DNA of 64,000 bases from the human T2T-CHM13v2.0 reference genome, Homo sapiens: the NCBI RefSeq assembly GCF_009914755.1, contig NC_060947.1. One strand, given 5' to 3'. The notes under the pieces are model-generated. The model saw nothing but the letters and a program-made list of their open reading frames with translations. It searched no databases and was not told where the DNA came from. The position numbers were made by a program, and so were the translations under genes. This document shows positions 27,390-42,222 of this stretch, piece by piece. Positions within the stretch are counted from its first letter, which is position 1. Every line of letters begins with the position of its first letter.

Positions 27390-27950
27390 ATGTGTGAGGG
27401 ACATCGAGGGTAATGAACAACTATGTGCATAATTTTGTCATTCACTGAGACAAGGAACACAGGTAGAGGAAAAGGTAATGTGTTCAATTTTAGATATGTT
27501 GAATTTGAGATGTATGTGGGCCTTCCAAATGAAGGTTCTACTAAGCAGTTACATATGTCCATTTGAATCCCAGGAGAAACAATCTGGATTAGGCAAATGG
27601 ACATCAAACCAGAGATGGTGGATAAACACATGGGGATGGATGAGATTATTCATATAAATTATTTGGACTAAAAATTATAGCGGGACAGGGATGGAACCCT
27701 GAGGAACACCAACATTCAAATGGCAGGTAGAGAAGGAGAGTAACAAAGAGTGACTAGAGATGTAAGAGTGAATCCTGGTAAGGATTACACTACAAAAGCC
27801 ACTGGAAGAGAGCAATCAGGAAAGAGTTGTCAAAAATATCAAATGCTGACAAAAAGGCAAGTCCTTTAAGGAATGAGCATTCTTGGATTTAGCAGTAAGA
27901 AGGTTGTGTATTATTATTATGTCTTTGATTTTCACTGAAAGACAACATGA
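27390..27950 (-). mobile_element. L2 internal fragment
   Basis: TTCAATTTTAGATATGTTGAATTTGAGATG...GGAACCCTGAGGAACACCAACATT...GTCAAATGCTG typical of L2 reverse strand. Confidence 0.7.
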
Positions 27951-30104
27951 GAAAGGACCAAATGACAAATGTGACAACACATACCATAAAACTACTACCA
28001 AAAACTAGAGTGACTAATGTTTTTTCCTGTCCCTCATATATACACTTATTAAATTCTTATTAGAGACTAGCTCTAGGAAAAATTTACTTTCTTTCATGCG
28101 TGTCCACAGACAGCCATTGAGTACTTACTATGGGACACACTGATAAGTGCTTGTGATGCAAATAGAGTTGAGTCATAGTCTTTACTCTCAAAAAACTCAT
28201 TAAAACTTCATTTATTCATACAATAAATAATTATGAATCTCCTAACATATATGCCGGATCCTGTGCTAATCACAAGATTGGTATAGTCTCTCCTGCATGG
28301 GGTTTCTAGTTTATTTCTTGAAGAGCTATTATTATTTTATTTATTGGACAATGTTCACTGTATAACTATCAAATTTCCCTTTTTGGTTTTACATCCAGGA
28401 ATCCCCAAATTACATTCACTTAAATATCTAGAATGATCCTATCTGATTCTGCAAGAATTGTGAAAATATGACTTTTTAATCTCTCTTTAATGGCTCTAAT
28501 TGTACATGTCTTCTATCAAAAGACTGAAAAATTTTTGCTGGAAACAAGTAAAGTATAAGTAAAAAATAAAGGCATACATACAAGCAAATACATAATGAAA
28601 AGGAATAGACACAGAGTCCTTCCCAGCTATTGTATTTTGTTTAGATGGCCTTCACATAGTAATTACCCCTTGACTTCTCTTAATCCTTGTCCATCTCCAA
28701 AATTCCAAACATCCCATTAGGAAAACTTATCTAAACTTCCAAACCACTCATTGAAATGAATAAGATCATGCAAATATTCCCCTCCAACTACATATCACTC
28801 ACATACATCCATGAGCTAGAGTCATAGGGAATAGCTGTGTGGAAGACAGAAATCGATGAATGATGCCAACCCCATTACACCTTTTTTTTTTTTTTGAATG
28901 AATGACTCTTTATTTAGGGAATTTTCCTCCTTTCCCCTTTATCTTCAAAGCACTTTGTTTAACTTGCAAATGTACTGGACAGTTCCTTTGTGTGCTATAT
29001 TCGATAGGGAGGGAGGTGGATATGAAGAGGCTGGAAATTTAATCTGTTTCACCACAGTGCTTGAGGTCTAGGAATATGATTTCTAGTAATTGGGACAATG
29101 AAATCCCACATCAATAAAAAAAATTGGCTTTCCCCATGTAGTTTATTAAAATAGGATTCTATCTGCACGTGTGTGATAATAACTGATTGCATTATTATGA
29201 AATAAGTAAGTCTATTCGTATGCATTTTTTGTTTTATTTTAAAAAGAGAAGCACATAATGAGAGCCAAGATAATTATCAATAAAGCCTAAATATTAGGCA
29301 GATTAGGAAAGAAAAAGAAATGAAAACAGTAACAACAAAACCAATTCAACTCAAATCACATCACAGAGGATCAGCCTCCCTGAGCATTTCCATGGCAATA
29401 AGATCTTTCCCTTCACGATACTCCCTAAGTGGCCGTGGCCCTGATTTGAGCTAACATATAATTTAACATGCCAAAGCTTAAAGTATCACACAACACTTTC
29501 TTTAAATTTGTTCTATTTTGCTAGAAACCCTTCAGAAAGGGGATTAGAGACTACAAGTAGGTCTATGATATGAGAGTTGTTTTATTTAATTGATTAGATT
29601 CTGTTTTGTAGATACCAATGCTTGCCTCTTGGAAACATGTCACATGGGCATGCAGAAGAAAATTTGGAGATGGAGAATCCCTCTGCTGCTGTTTGTATCA
29701 ATAGGATGGTTTGCTGATTTCCATGTGTTGTTACTCTAAGCTTCTTTCCTCTCCCCCACCTCAAGTTGCCAGGGCAATCTTTTCACAAACGCAGCAGCAA
29801 CCACAAGTATAATTATGGAGACCAAATCACTCTAAAATGAGAATAGGCTCTCTTTTTTTAGAGACCTCAGCCTAGAGAAGTTAAACTTAATGGCCAGACT
29901 TCTTGTCTGCAGTTTGGGTGTCACATGGTGAAGAAACAGAAGGTATAAATGGGAGGCCTAATGTCAAAATTTTCCAAGACTTCCATCTCTGGTACTGTGA
30001 CCATTAGAGCATTCACAGTCTTTGTGCATTCCTGGTAATGCCCAACATTTCCAATCTGTCTGACATAATCCTTTGGTGCACTAAATCCACTTTCCAGACA
30101 CAAC

Positions 30105-30479
30105 TTATGTGGTTTGGCTCTGTGTCTCCACCCAAATCTCATCTTGAATTGTACTCCCATAATTCCCACATGTTGTGGGAGGGACCTGATGGGAGATGAT
30201 TGAATTATGGGGTAGTTTCTTTCACCCTGCTCTGTGGTAATGAATAAGTCTCATGAGATCTGATGGTTTGAAAAGAGGAAACCCATTTCACTTAGTTCTG
30301 ATTTTCTCTTTGCCTGCTGACATACATGTAAGATGTGACGTGCTCCTCCTCACGTTCTGCCATTATTGTGAGGCTTCCCTAGCCACATGGAGCTGTAAGT
30401 CCAATTAAACACTTCTTCCTATTTAAATTACCCAGTCTTGGGTATGTCTTTGTTAGCAGCATGAAAATGGACTGATACA
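30105..30479 (+). mobile_element. THE1 (MaLR) solo LTR
   Basis: GGTTTGGCTCTGTGTCTCCACCCAAATCTCATCTTGAATTGTA...AAAATGGACTGATACA, ~375 bp. Confidence 0.9.
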
Positions 30480-30586
30480 CCTTACAAATGCTTATGCCTA
30501 AAAGCTTTGGAGGGCATACTTTTACCAGATACACTCCTGAATTTCTTTTTTATCCAATTAAAATCTATCTACTGCCTACTGATTAA

Positions 30587-30642
30587 TCTATCTATCTATG
30601 TATCTATCTATGTATCTATCTGTCTATCTATCATCTATCTAT
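30587..30642. repeat. Imperfect (TCTA)n microsatellite
   Basis: Directly visible. Confidence 0.9.
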
Positions 30643-31319
30643 CACTATCTTATTCATTTTCCTTTATGTGCTTAAATTGCTGTTTGGTAGAAGCAATCCA
30701 AATTATGAGCACGGATTGAAGGTAAATTTGGGACAAAGTAGGTCTCGCAGTTTTGTGCCATGCTCACAGTCATTGCCTTAGGTGATGCCAGAACTGGATA
30801 GAAATAGAAAACAGAGGTAAGCATTGTTTGTGCTCTAAGACAAGGGAATTGATAGGTTTTAGGGTAGATAACAGAGCAATAAACCTAATGACTAAGGTCC
30901 TGGAAGGCATAATCTAGAAAAGGAGCCTATATTGGGAGTCTGGAGGTATAGTCAAAGATAAAGAGGTGAGAATATGGGCACTGTTGTGAGACAACCTGAT
31001 ATATTCTGCCCACTGATGGCCTAATTCTCAGGAGCTATTTTATTAGGTTAGTTCCTCACTTCTTCCCTTTCTATTTTGTTCCTCTTTGAAAAATAATTTG
31101 TGAGAGACTTAAAGTGTGCTGGACAGTGGATTTGCTCCATCAGTATCTTAAAAAAGGATTATGATAAGTTTATATCAAGTTTATTTTCCTTAGCTCTTTC
31201 AATGCAATCATATGCTCTTTCCCCATGATCTCTTTATTTATTTATTTGTACAGAAAATTCATGAAAGTTATTGAAAATGTATTCAAATTTAAGATAATAT
31301 AGTAATGAAGGTATGGGAA

Positions 31320-31545
31320 ATTTGTTGGACCATTGCTATGTGCCAAGTAGTTCCTTACACACAGTTTTATCTATTAATTATCATAACAATCCTGTGATGC
31401 AAGTAGCATAAGTATTATTATCTCAATTTTTCAGATAATTTTACTTCACAGAGATTAAATAGCTTTCTTAAGTTTCTACAGCTAGTGGGCAGCTGCCAAG
31501 GTTCAGACACAGATATATATGACTGTAATGCCATTTATCTTTCTT
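31320..31545 (-). mobile_element. MIR
   Basis: CTATGTGCCAAG...CATAACAATCCTGTGA...CTACAGCTAGTGGGCAGCTGCCAAGGTTC. Confidence 0.65.
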
Positions 31546-32149
31546 TTGCATTTCTAAAAGAAAAATGTCTTTTTCATCAACACCAATTTTCAAAATTCAA
31601 GGCATTCCAAATAGTCACTGCCTTCCTAAGGTATTTTAGATCAAATATAAATTGTCTTAAATTCAGCTTTCTTAGTGCTAATCTTCACAGTCCTCAGATA
31701 AGAAAAAGTGCCAGACATCTCACCATGATATTTCTGTCATGTAGCTTTAAGGACAGATAATACTAGGAGCATGAAATGTGTCTCACCACTATCCTCACAT
31801 TGAAACTCTGGGGTTTAGCATCTTGCTTCTGTTCATTCACTTGCTCAAACAATTTAGTTGACTTTGTGTCCTTGCTTTTGGGATCCATGAATGATAAAAT
31901 AGATAATATGCTATTTTGGAAAATTTGGCATTTTCACATTTTTAATGTCCTTTGGAAGGAATATATTTGGTGAAATGATTATGTCTTCCTTTAGGAATAT
32001 GATTCAAAAAGAATTTTCCATAAAGGGCTGCACATTATGACAAATAGATGAATAAAACTAGTACACTGGCTTTACATTTTATACTAAAGTGCTTGCAGTT
32101 ATTGTGCACATGACCCACAGGCACTGACAGATTTTGAGAAGTTAAATGA

Positions 32150-34700
32150 CATGATTATTTTTGGGCTTTAGGAAGAATATTCTGAATTCTCTGTGGAAAA
32201 TGGATTAGGAAGGGGAGAAAAAAAGGCAAACTGAACATTTAGGGGACTCTTGTTAGTTAAGATGACAAATGCTGAGGTTTTCATTTAAAAATAAGGGGAA
32301 TGAAGAAGAGGGAAAAATAGTTGTTTATAACCAGTTATATCGTGATCAATTATGAGAAGGTGGCGGGGTGATACCAAGATTTTTTCATGATGATACCAAG
32401 ATTTATGACTTGGGTAATTGGGTGTATGTTTGTGCTAATACAAAGATAGGAAATATTGGAAAAGGAGAATTGTGTTTGAGTTAAGACAAGGAAAAAAGTT
32501 ACGTGTTTGGAAATTTTGAGATAGAGGTACTTGTTGCCAATTCAGATGGAGATGTCTCATATACAGTTGAAACATGGATCTGGAGTGCAAAAGACAAGCC
32601 TTGGATAGGATATGGACCAAATGAGAATATATTGAATAAAAAATGACCCAATGATGAAACTATAAAGAACACCATAAAAAAGATGAAGGAAACTAGTAGT
32701 TAGAGAAATAGGAGAAGATAATTTCACAACAAAGAGAATATGCTTTAATTAGTTATAAATTAACAGGTTAAGTAGGCTCATAATTAAAATAGTCCAGTGA
32801 CCTTAGAAACTAAGAAGCCATCAGTAGCCTTTGTGGGAATAGTGGTTGGAATAGAAGCCAAATTACTGCACATTGAGGAGTAAATTGGTGGTGGGGATAT
32901 GGAGAGAGCCTATTTTTTAAAAGGTTGTCTGTGAAAGAAAGTAGGATAGAGAAAATTAGAGGGGAAAACAGGACCCAGGGAATTACTGTTATTGATATTA
33001 TTGTGGTTACTTTTAAGGTGGAGCTACTTGAACCAATTCATATGCTAAAGGGAAAGAGACAGTGAGGGGGCAAGAGCAAGGTTGTTGGGGAAGCAGGAGA
33101 GGATGAGATAAGCACTGAAGAGGAAAAGGAGTAATTCTTTCCACTGAGCTATCAGGAAGAAATGTTTTAAGGACAGCTACAGATGCAGAGAAATTTGTAG
33201 AGTTTGAAGCAGGAAGTCATGGGTGTTCCTAACATCTTTTCTCTGGTAAGTAGGAGGTGATGTCATGCTGGGGATGGGCCCCCAAATCTGGCCATAAACT
33301 GGCCCCAAAACTGGCCATAAATAAAATATCTGCAGCACTGTGTCATCTTCATGATGGCCATGATGCCCACGCTGAAGGTTTTGGGTTTACCGGAATGAGG
33401 GCAAGGAACACGTGGCCCACCCAGGGTGGAAAACTGCTTAAAGGCGTTCCTGAACAACAAACAATAGCATGAGCGATCTGTGCCTTAAGGACATGTTCCT
33501 GCTGCAGATGACTAGCCAGAGCCCATCCCTTTGTTTCGGTCCATCCCTTTGTTTCCCATAAGGAATACTTTTAGTTAATTTATAATCTATGGAAATAATG
33601 CTTATCACTGGCTTGCTGTCAATAAATATGTGGGTACATCTCTGTTTGTGGCTTTCAGCTCTGAAGGCTGTGAGTCCCCTGATTTCCCACTCCACAAGCT
33701 ATATTTCTGTGTGTGTGTCTTTAATTCCTCTAACGCTGCTGGGATAGGGCCTCCCTGACCAAGCTGGTCTTGGCAATGTCATCTGCTCAAAGGGAGGGGG
33801 AGTTGTGGTGAGGATTCTGAAGAGAGGTTTGGAATTGCTCTTGAGGATGGGAAAAGGTGTTTACTAGAAAAATTTCTGAGCTACACTGAAGCTCTGTTAG
33901 ATGGGACTTGCAGTCATTCTTTTCATTATTATGCATTTTTATCCTTTTGCAGCACTCGGGTGCTTGGGTACAACAGAAAAAAAAAAAGAAGATGCTTAGT
34001 TTGCATCAGGACTAGGGTTTAGTAGGGCAGACATGATTCAATGATAAAAGAAAAAGGTTGTTGAGAGTCTTAGAAAAAGAGAAGTTCAGGTGAGGTCTCT
34101 GGTGTCCAGACTAAATAGAGAAGGAAGTAAAGCAAGAGACAAATTATGCACTGAGATAAAGAGAGGTGTTGAATGACTGTAGGTCACAAAATAAGCATTG
34201 TCAGAGAAAAAAGTGAGAGATCTGAAGGAAATAAGCATTAACAGAGAAAAAAGTGAGAGATGTGAAGGTTCATTGTCTTGGAGTCCATTAGTGAAACACC
34301 TGAATTTGTGTTTTAATTGTAAAGCAGCTTTACCTTATGACAATATTTATATGTGGCCAGAGGAATATGCAACTGAAGCCGAGTTTGTAAATAAATTCAT
34401 TGTAGTTTAAAAGGTCAAGGAACTGTTAGGTTAAAGTAGTAGGTGAAATAGTGAAATGGACATTGAAGTCTCTTTGGAGGCTTCAAAATACGAAGTGGCA
34501 AATCATTGTGGAGATAGGGTCATCATGAAAAAAATGAGACAGTGATCAACAGGTAGCGCCAAAGTGGAGGGAAAGAATAGTATAGCTAGGTGGCATGAAT
34601 CTAAGAGGACAAAGATTTTTGTACATGAGGAAAGGAGAGTTTTCATATTGAAGTGGTGATGGAAGCAAAGAGAATGCCAATGCCACAACAGAGGATATGG
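32150..34700 (-). mobile_element. Long degenerate L2 region, interrupted by a MER9 LTR
   Basis: Purine-rich sequence with L2 motifs (GATACCAAGATTTATGACTTGGGTAATTGGG; AGTTGAAACATGGATCTGGAG). Boundaries uncertain. Confidence 0.5.
33266..33775 (+). mobile_element. MER9 solo LTR (HERV-K/HML-3 family)
   Basis: GGCCCCCAAATCTGGCCATAAACTGGCCCCAAAACTGGCCATAA...GCTGGTCTTGGCA; TG...CA termini, 510 bp, perfect 6-bp TSD ATGTCA (33260-33265, 33776-33781). Confidence 0.9.
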
Positions 34701-35889
34701 AGAGCAGAGGAGAAATAGAGCCACATTTTCTTTTACATTTTTAATTTGCAATTTTTGTGGGTATGTAGTATGCGTATATATTTCTGGGGCACGTGGCATA
34801 TTTTGAAACAGGAATGCAGTGAGTCACACATAAAGGTAAATGGGGTATCTATCACCTAAAAAATCTCTCCTTTGTGTTACAAAAAGTATAATTATAGTCT
34901 TTTAGTTTTTTTAATGTACAATTCAATTACTGACTATAGTCACCCTGTTGTGCTATCAAATACTTGATCTTATTCATACTTTCTAACTACTATTGTGTGC
35001 CTGTTCATCAACCCCACTTCCGTCTCTTGACATTCCACTACCTTTCACAGGCTCTGGTAACAGGCTTTTGTAATATCTACCTCTATGAGTTTCATTATTT
35101 TAATTTTAATTTATAACTCACTCATATAACTGAGAATATGCAAGGTTTGTCTTTTCGTGTCTGGCTTATTTCACTTAATGACCAACAGGTCCATCCATGT
35201 TGTTACAAATGACAGAACATCATGATTTATTGTGGCTGAATAGTATTCCATGATGCATATTTGTACCACATTTTCTTTATCCATTCCTCTGTTGATGAAC
35301 ACTTAAGTTGCATTCAAATCTTAGCTTTTAGAAACCATGTAACAATTGTTGCCTCCTCCTGTATTTTTCAGAATAGCTTGAATAGGTTTGGTATTATGCC
35401 TTAAGTGTTTCATAGAATTCAGCAGGGAAGTCATCAGGTCCCAGACTTTTATTTGTTAGGATAACTTTCACTGTGACTTCAAGCTTGTTACTTGTTATTG
35501 ATCTGTTCAGGTTTTGCATTTCTTTATAGGTTGTAGGTGTCTAGGAATTTATCTTTGTCTTCTAGATTTTCCAATTTATTGGCATATAGTTGCTCATAGT
35601 AGTCACTGATGATACTTTGCATTTCTGCAGTATCAGTTGTAATGTCTCCTTTTTCGTCTCTGATTTTATTTATTTCAGTTGTATTCCCTTTTTTTCTTAG
35701 TTATTCTGTGCAGAGGTTTGCCAATTTTGTTTATTTTTTCGTGAAACCAGCTTTTTGTTTTGTTGAAATTTGTACTGATTCTTTCATTTCAGTTTCATTT
35801 ATTTATGCTCTGATCTTGATTATTTCTTTTCTTCTACTAATTGCACATTTGTTTTGCTCTTGCTTTTCCATTTCCTTAAGATGCATCTT

Positions 35890-38800
35890 GGAAGGCAACC
35901 AAAATGGCTGAATAGAAACTGCTCCACTCTGTGGTTCCCACTAAGAAGGATGAAAACAGAGAGTGAATTCTGCATCTTCAATTGAGGAACCAAGGTTCTC
36001 TCACTGGGACTGACTAGTTGGTTGGCATGACCAACAGAGAGCAAGAAAACACTGGGTGGAGTGAGGGTCCACATGGGAGCTACATGGGGCAAAAGGAACT
36101 CTGTTTCCCAGCCAAGGGAGGTGGTGAGGGATTGTGCTTCTCCTCCCTGGAAACTACATTTTTCCCACAGATCCTTGCAACTAATGGATCAGAAGGTCCC
36201 CTCCTAAGTCCACAGCATTAGAGGCTTGGGTCTCAAGCACAAAGCTGTGGAGACTCACCCTGGCTCTTTGGGCAGGAGTCCTCTGGAGCAGGCACTAAGA
36301 CGCAGGAGTATTTGCAATCTCTGGCTCTGGGAACTCCTGTGAGGTAAGATACCCATCCTCCATAAGATCAACCCAAGTCAAATAATCATCAGATTCTCCA
36401 AGGTCAAAATGAAGGAAAAAATGTTAAGGACAGCCAGAGGAAAAGACCAGGTCACCTATAAAAGGAAGCCCATCAGACTAACGGCAAACCTATCAGTGGA
36501 AACCCTAAAAACCAGAAGAGATTGGAGGCTGATATTCAACATTCTTTAAAAAAAAACAGAATTTCCAACCTAGAATTTCATTTCTAGCCAAACGAAGCTT
36601 CATACAAGAAGGAGAAATAAAATCTTTTTCAGACAAACAAATGTTGAGGGATTTCATCACTGCCAGGTGCCTTGCAAGAGCACCTGAAAGAAGCACTAAA
36701 TATGGAAATGAGAAAGCACTACCAGCTACTACAAAAACACACTGAGGTACACAAGACCAATTACACTATGAAGCAAACACATAAACAAGTCTGCAAACTA
36801 ACCAACTAGCATCATGATGTCAGAATCAAATTCACACATAACAATATTAGTCTTAAATGTAAATGGGCTAAATGTCCCAACTAAAAGACAGAGTGGAAAA
36901 CTGGATAAAGACTCAAAATGCTTCAGTATGCTGTATTCAAGAGGCCCATCTCACATGTAAAGACTCACATAGACTCAAAATAAAAGAATGGAGGAAAATT
37001 TATCAAGCAAATGGAAAACAGAAAAAAAGCAGGGGTTGCAATCCTAGTTTCTGACAAAACAGACATTAAACCAACAAAGATTTAAGAAAAAAGACAAAAA
37101 AAAGGCATTACGTAATGGTAAAGGGGGTCAATTCAACAAGAAGATCTAACTATCCTAAATATATATGCAACCAATACAGGAGCACCCAGATTAATAAAAC
37201 AAGTTCTTAGAGACCTACAAAGAGACTTAGACTCCCATACAATGATATTGGAAGACTTTAACACTCCAATGTCAATATTAGACAGATTATTGAGACAGAA
37301 AATTAACAAAAATATTTAGGACTTGAACTCAGCTCTGAATCAAGTTGATATATATATATCTACAGAACTCTCCATTCAAAAACAACAGACTATACATTAT
37401 TCTCAGTAATACATGGCGCTTATTCTAAAATGGATGAAATAATCGGAAGTACATCACTCCTCAGCAAATGCAAAACAACTGAAATCATAACAAATAGTCT
37501 CTCAGACCACACCACAATCAAATTAGAACTCAAGATTGAGAAACTCACTCAAAACCACACAGTTACATGAAAATTGAACAAACTGCTCCTGAATGACTCC
37601 TGGGTAAATAACAAAATTAAGGTGGAAATTAGAAAGTTCTTTGAAACCAATGAGAACAAAGAGACAACATACCAGAATCTCAGGGACACAGCTAAGGCAG
37701 TGTTAAAAAAGAAATTTATAGCACTAAATGCCCACATCTAAAAGGTAGAAAGATCTCAAATTGATATCCTAGCATCACAACTAAAATAACTAGAAAACCA
37801 AGAGCAAACAAACCCCAAAGCTAGCAGAAAACAAAAAAAATAACCAAGCTCAGAGCAGAACTAAAGCAGATAGAGACATGAAAAACCCTTTGAATAATCA
37901 ATGAATCCAGGAACAGATTTTTTGAAAAAAAATAATAACATAAAGATAGTTTGCTAGCTAGACTAATAAAGAAAAAAGAGAAGAATCAAGTAGTCACAAT
38001 AAAAAATGATAAAAGGGGTTATCACCACTGACCCCACAGAAATACAAGCATCAATCAGAGAATATTATAAACAGCTCTGTGCAAATAAACTGGAAAAGTT
38101 AGAAGAAATAGATTAATTCCTGAACACACACACTCTCCCAAGGCTTAACCGGGAAGAAGTTGAATCCCTAGATATACCAATAACAAGTTCTGAAATTAAG
38201 GAAGTAATAAATAGCCTACCAACCCAAAACAGCCCAGGACCAGATGGGTTTACAGCTGAATTTTATCAGAGGCAAAAAGAGGAGCTGGCACCATTTCTTC
38301 TGAAACTATTCCAAGCAATTGAAATGGAGGAACTCCTCCCTAATTCATTCTATAAGGCCAGCATCATCCTGATACCAAAACCTAGAAGAGATACAACAAA
38401 AAAAGAAAACTTTAGGTCAATATCCCTGATGAACATCAATGCAAAAATTCTCAGTAAAATACTGGCAAACAGAATACAGTACCACATCAAAAAGCTTATC
38501 CACTATGACCAAGTTGGCTTTATTTCTGGGATAGAAGGCTGGTTAAACCTAAACAAATCAATAAGCATCATTTATCACATAAACAGATCTAAAGACAAAA
38601 ACACATAATTATGTTAATAGATGCAGAAAAGACCTTTGATAAAATAAAACATCTCTTCATGTTAAAAACTGTCAATAAATTAGGTATTGAAGAAACACAC
38701 CTCAAAATAATAACAGACATTTATGACAAACCCACAGCCAATATACTGAATGGGCAAAGGCTGGAAGGATTCCCCTTGAAAACTGGCACAAGACAAGGAT

Positions 38801-40756
38801 GCTGTCCCTCACCACTCCTATTTAACACAGTATTGGAAGTTCTGGCTAGGGCAATCAGTCAGGAGAAAGAAATAAAGCATATTCAAATAGCAAGAGAGGA
38901 TGTCAAAGTGTCTTTCCTTGCAGATGACATAATCCTATGTCTAGAAAACCTCATCGTCTCAGCACCAAAGCTTTTTAAGCTGATAAGCAACTTCAGCAAA
39001 GTCTCAGGATACAAAATCAATGTACAGAAGTCACGATCATTCCTATACATTAACAACAGGAAAGCAGAGAGCCAAATCATAAATAAACTGCAATTCACAA
39101 TTGCTACAAAGAGAATAAAATACCTAGAAATACAGCTAACAAGGGAAGTAAGGGACCTCTTCAAGGAGAACTAAAAACCACGGCTCAAGGAAACCAGAGA
39201 GGACACAACCAAATGTAAAAACACTTCAAGCTCATGGATAGGAAGAATCAATATCGTGAAAATGGCTGTACTTCCAAAATAATTTATAGATTCAATGCTA
39301 TTCCCTTTAACCTACCATTGACATTCCTAACAGAATTAGAAAAAAAAAAACTATTTTTAAAATTCATATGGAACCCAAAAAGGGCTTGTATAGCCAAGAC
39401 AATCCTAAGCAAAAAGAACAAAGCTGGAGGCATAATGCTACCCAACTTCAAACTATACTAGAAGGCTATGGTAACCAAAACAGCACAGTACTGGTACAAA
39501 AATAGGCACATAGTCATGGGAAAAGATTTCATGATGCAATCACCAAAAGCAATTGCAACAAAAGCAAAAATTGACCAATATGATCTAATTAAACTAAAGA
39601 GCTTCTGCACAGCAAAATAAACTATCATTAGAGCGAACAGGCAACCTACAAAGTGGGAGAAAATTTTTGCAATCTATTCATCTGACAAAATTCTAATATC
39701 AAGAATCTACAAGGAATTTAAACAAATTTACAATAAAAAACAACCCTATTAAAAAGTGGGCAAAGGATATGAACAGACATTTCCCAGATGAAGACATTCA
39801 TGTGCCCAAAAAACTGAAAAAAAGCTCAACATCACTGATCATTAGAGAAATGCAAATCAAAGCCACAATGAGATACTATCTCATGCCAGTCAGAATGACA
39901 ATTATTAAAAAGTCAAAAAACAACAGATGCTGGTGAGATTGCAGAGAAATAGGAATGCTTTTACACTGTTGGTGGAATGTAAATTTGTTAAACCATTTTG
40001 GAAGATGATGTGGTGATTCCTCAAAGATCTAGAACCAGAAATACCTTTGGACCCAGCAATCCCAGTACTGGGCATATACCCAAAGGAATATAAATCATTC
40101 TATTACAAAGATACATGCGTGCTTATATTTATTGCAGTATTATTCACAATAGCAAAGACATGGAATCAACTCAAATATTCATCAAAATAGACTGGATAAA
40201 GAAAATGTGGTGTATATATATATATACATATATATATATACACATATATATATACATACATATATCTATACACATATATATATACATATATCTATATACG
40301 TATATATATATATATATATGTATACACATACCATGGAATACTATGCAGCCATAAAAAGAACAAGATCATGTCTTTTGCAGGGACATGGATGAAGCTTGAA
40401 GCCATTATGCTCAGCAAACTAATGTAGAAACAGAATATCAAACACCGCATGTTCTCACTCATAAGTGGGAGTTGAACAATGAGAACACATGGACACGATG
40501 AGGAGAACAACACACACGGGGGCCTGTTGGGGGGTGTGGTGGGGGGGTGAGAGAGCATTAGGAAAAATAGCTAATGCGTGGTGAACTTAATATCTAGGTG
40601 ATGGGTTAATAAGTTCAGCAAACCATCATGGTACATGTTTACCTATGTAACAAACCTGCACATCCAGCACATGTATCCCAGAACTAAAAATAGAAATTAA
40701 AAGAAAATAAAGAAAAACTTATTTCTTAAATCTTAAAATGAAGATTGTTTTTTAAA
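35890..40756 (+). mobile_element. L1PA (L1PA8-13 age) with 5' UTR start and internal deletions, nested antisense in L1MA
   Basis: 5' AAAATGGCTGAATAGAAAC, 5' UTR jumps into mid-ORF1 near 36360, RT fragments (38324..39174), L1PA 3' UTR; TSD core AAGATGCATC at 35878-35887 and 40757-40766. Confidence 0.88.
40213..40330. repeat. (TA)n/(TACA)n microsatellite inside the L1
   Basis: Directly visible. Confidence 0.95.
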
Positions 40757-41847
40757 AAGATGCATCATCTTGAGGCCATTTATTTGAAGATTTTCTTCTT
40801 ATTTGATGTAAGTGCTTATAGGTATAAATGTCACTCATAGTACTGCTCTCACCTTATTACAAAGGTTTTGGTATGTTGTGTTTCCATTATCACTTGTTTG
40901 AAACAATTTTTGAATTTCCTTCTTAATTTATGGACCCATTAATCATTCAGGAGCATATGGTTTTATTTCTATTTGTGTAGTTTCCACAATTTCTCTTATT
41001 TATTTCTAGCTTTATTCCATTGTGGTAACAGAAGATGCTTAATATTATTTCAATTTTTTGAATGTTTTGAGACTTGTTTTATGACCTAACACTATTCTTG
41101 AGAGTGACTTCTGTGCTGAGAAGAAGAATGTGTATACTGCAGCCGTTGGATGGAATGTTCTGTAAATACCAATTAAGTTCATTTGGTTAATAGTGCAGAC
41201 TAAGTTCCATGTTTCTTCCTTGATTTTCTGTCTGCGTGATCTCTTCAGTGCTGAAAGTGGGCTGTTGAGGTCTCCAGTCATTATTGTATTGGGATCTATC
41301 TCCTTCTTTACCTCTAATAATATTAACATTATATATCTGGGTGCTTCAGTGTTGGGTATATGTATCTTTAAAATAGTTATATCCTCTTACTGAATTTACC
41401 CCTATATCATTATATAATGGCAAAAATTTTCTCTTTATGGTTTATGTTTGAAATCTATTTTGTCTAATACAGGTATAGCAACTCCTATTCTTTTTTTGGT
41501 TTCCATTTGCATGGAATTTTTTTTCATCTCTGTATTTTCATTCTATGTGTGTCTTTATATGAAGTGTTTTTCTTGTAGGCAACAGGCCGTTGGGTCTTGT
41601 TGTTTTATCTATACAGCCACTCTATGTCTTTTGATTGGCGAGTTTAGTTCACTTACATTCAGTGTTATTACTGACAAGTAAAAACTTACTCTTGCCATTT
41701 TATTTGTTTTCTGGTTGTATTTTTATCTTCTCTTCTTTCTTTCCTTCCTTTCTGTATTTGTTTTAGTGAAGGTGATTTTCTCTAGTGGCATGATTTAATT
41801 TCTAGCTTTTCATTTTTTGCATATCCATTGTATGTTTTTTGATTTGA

Positions 41848-42222
<375 letters not shown>

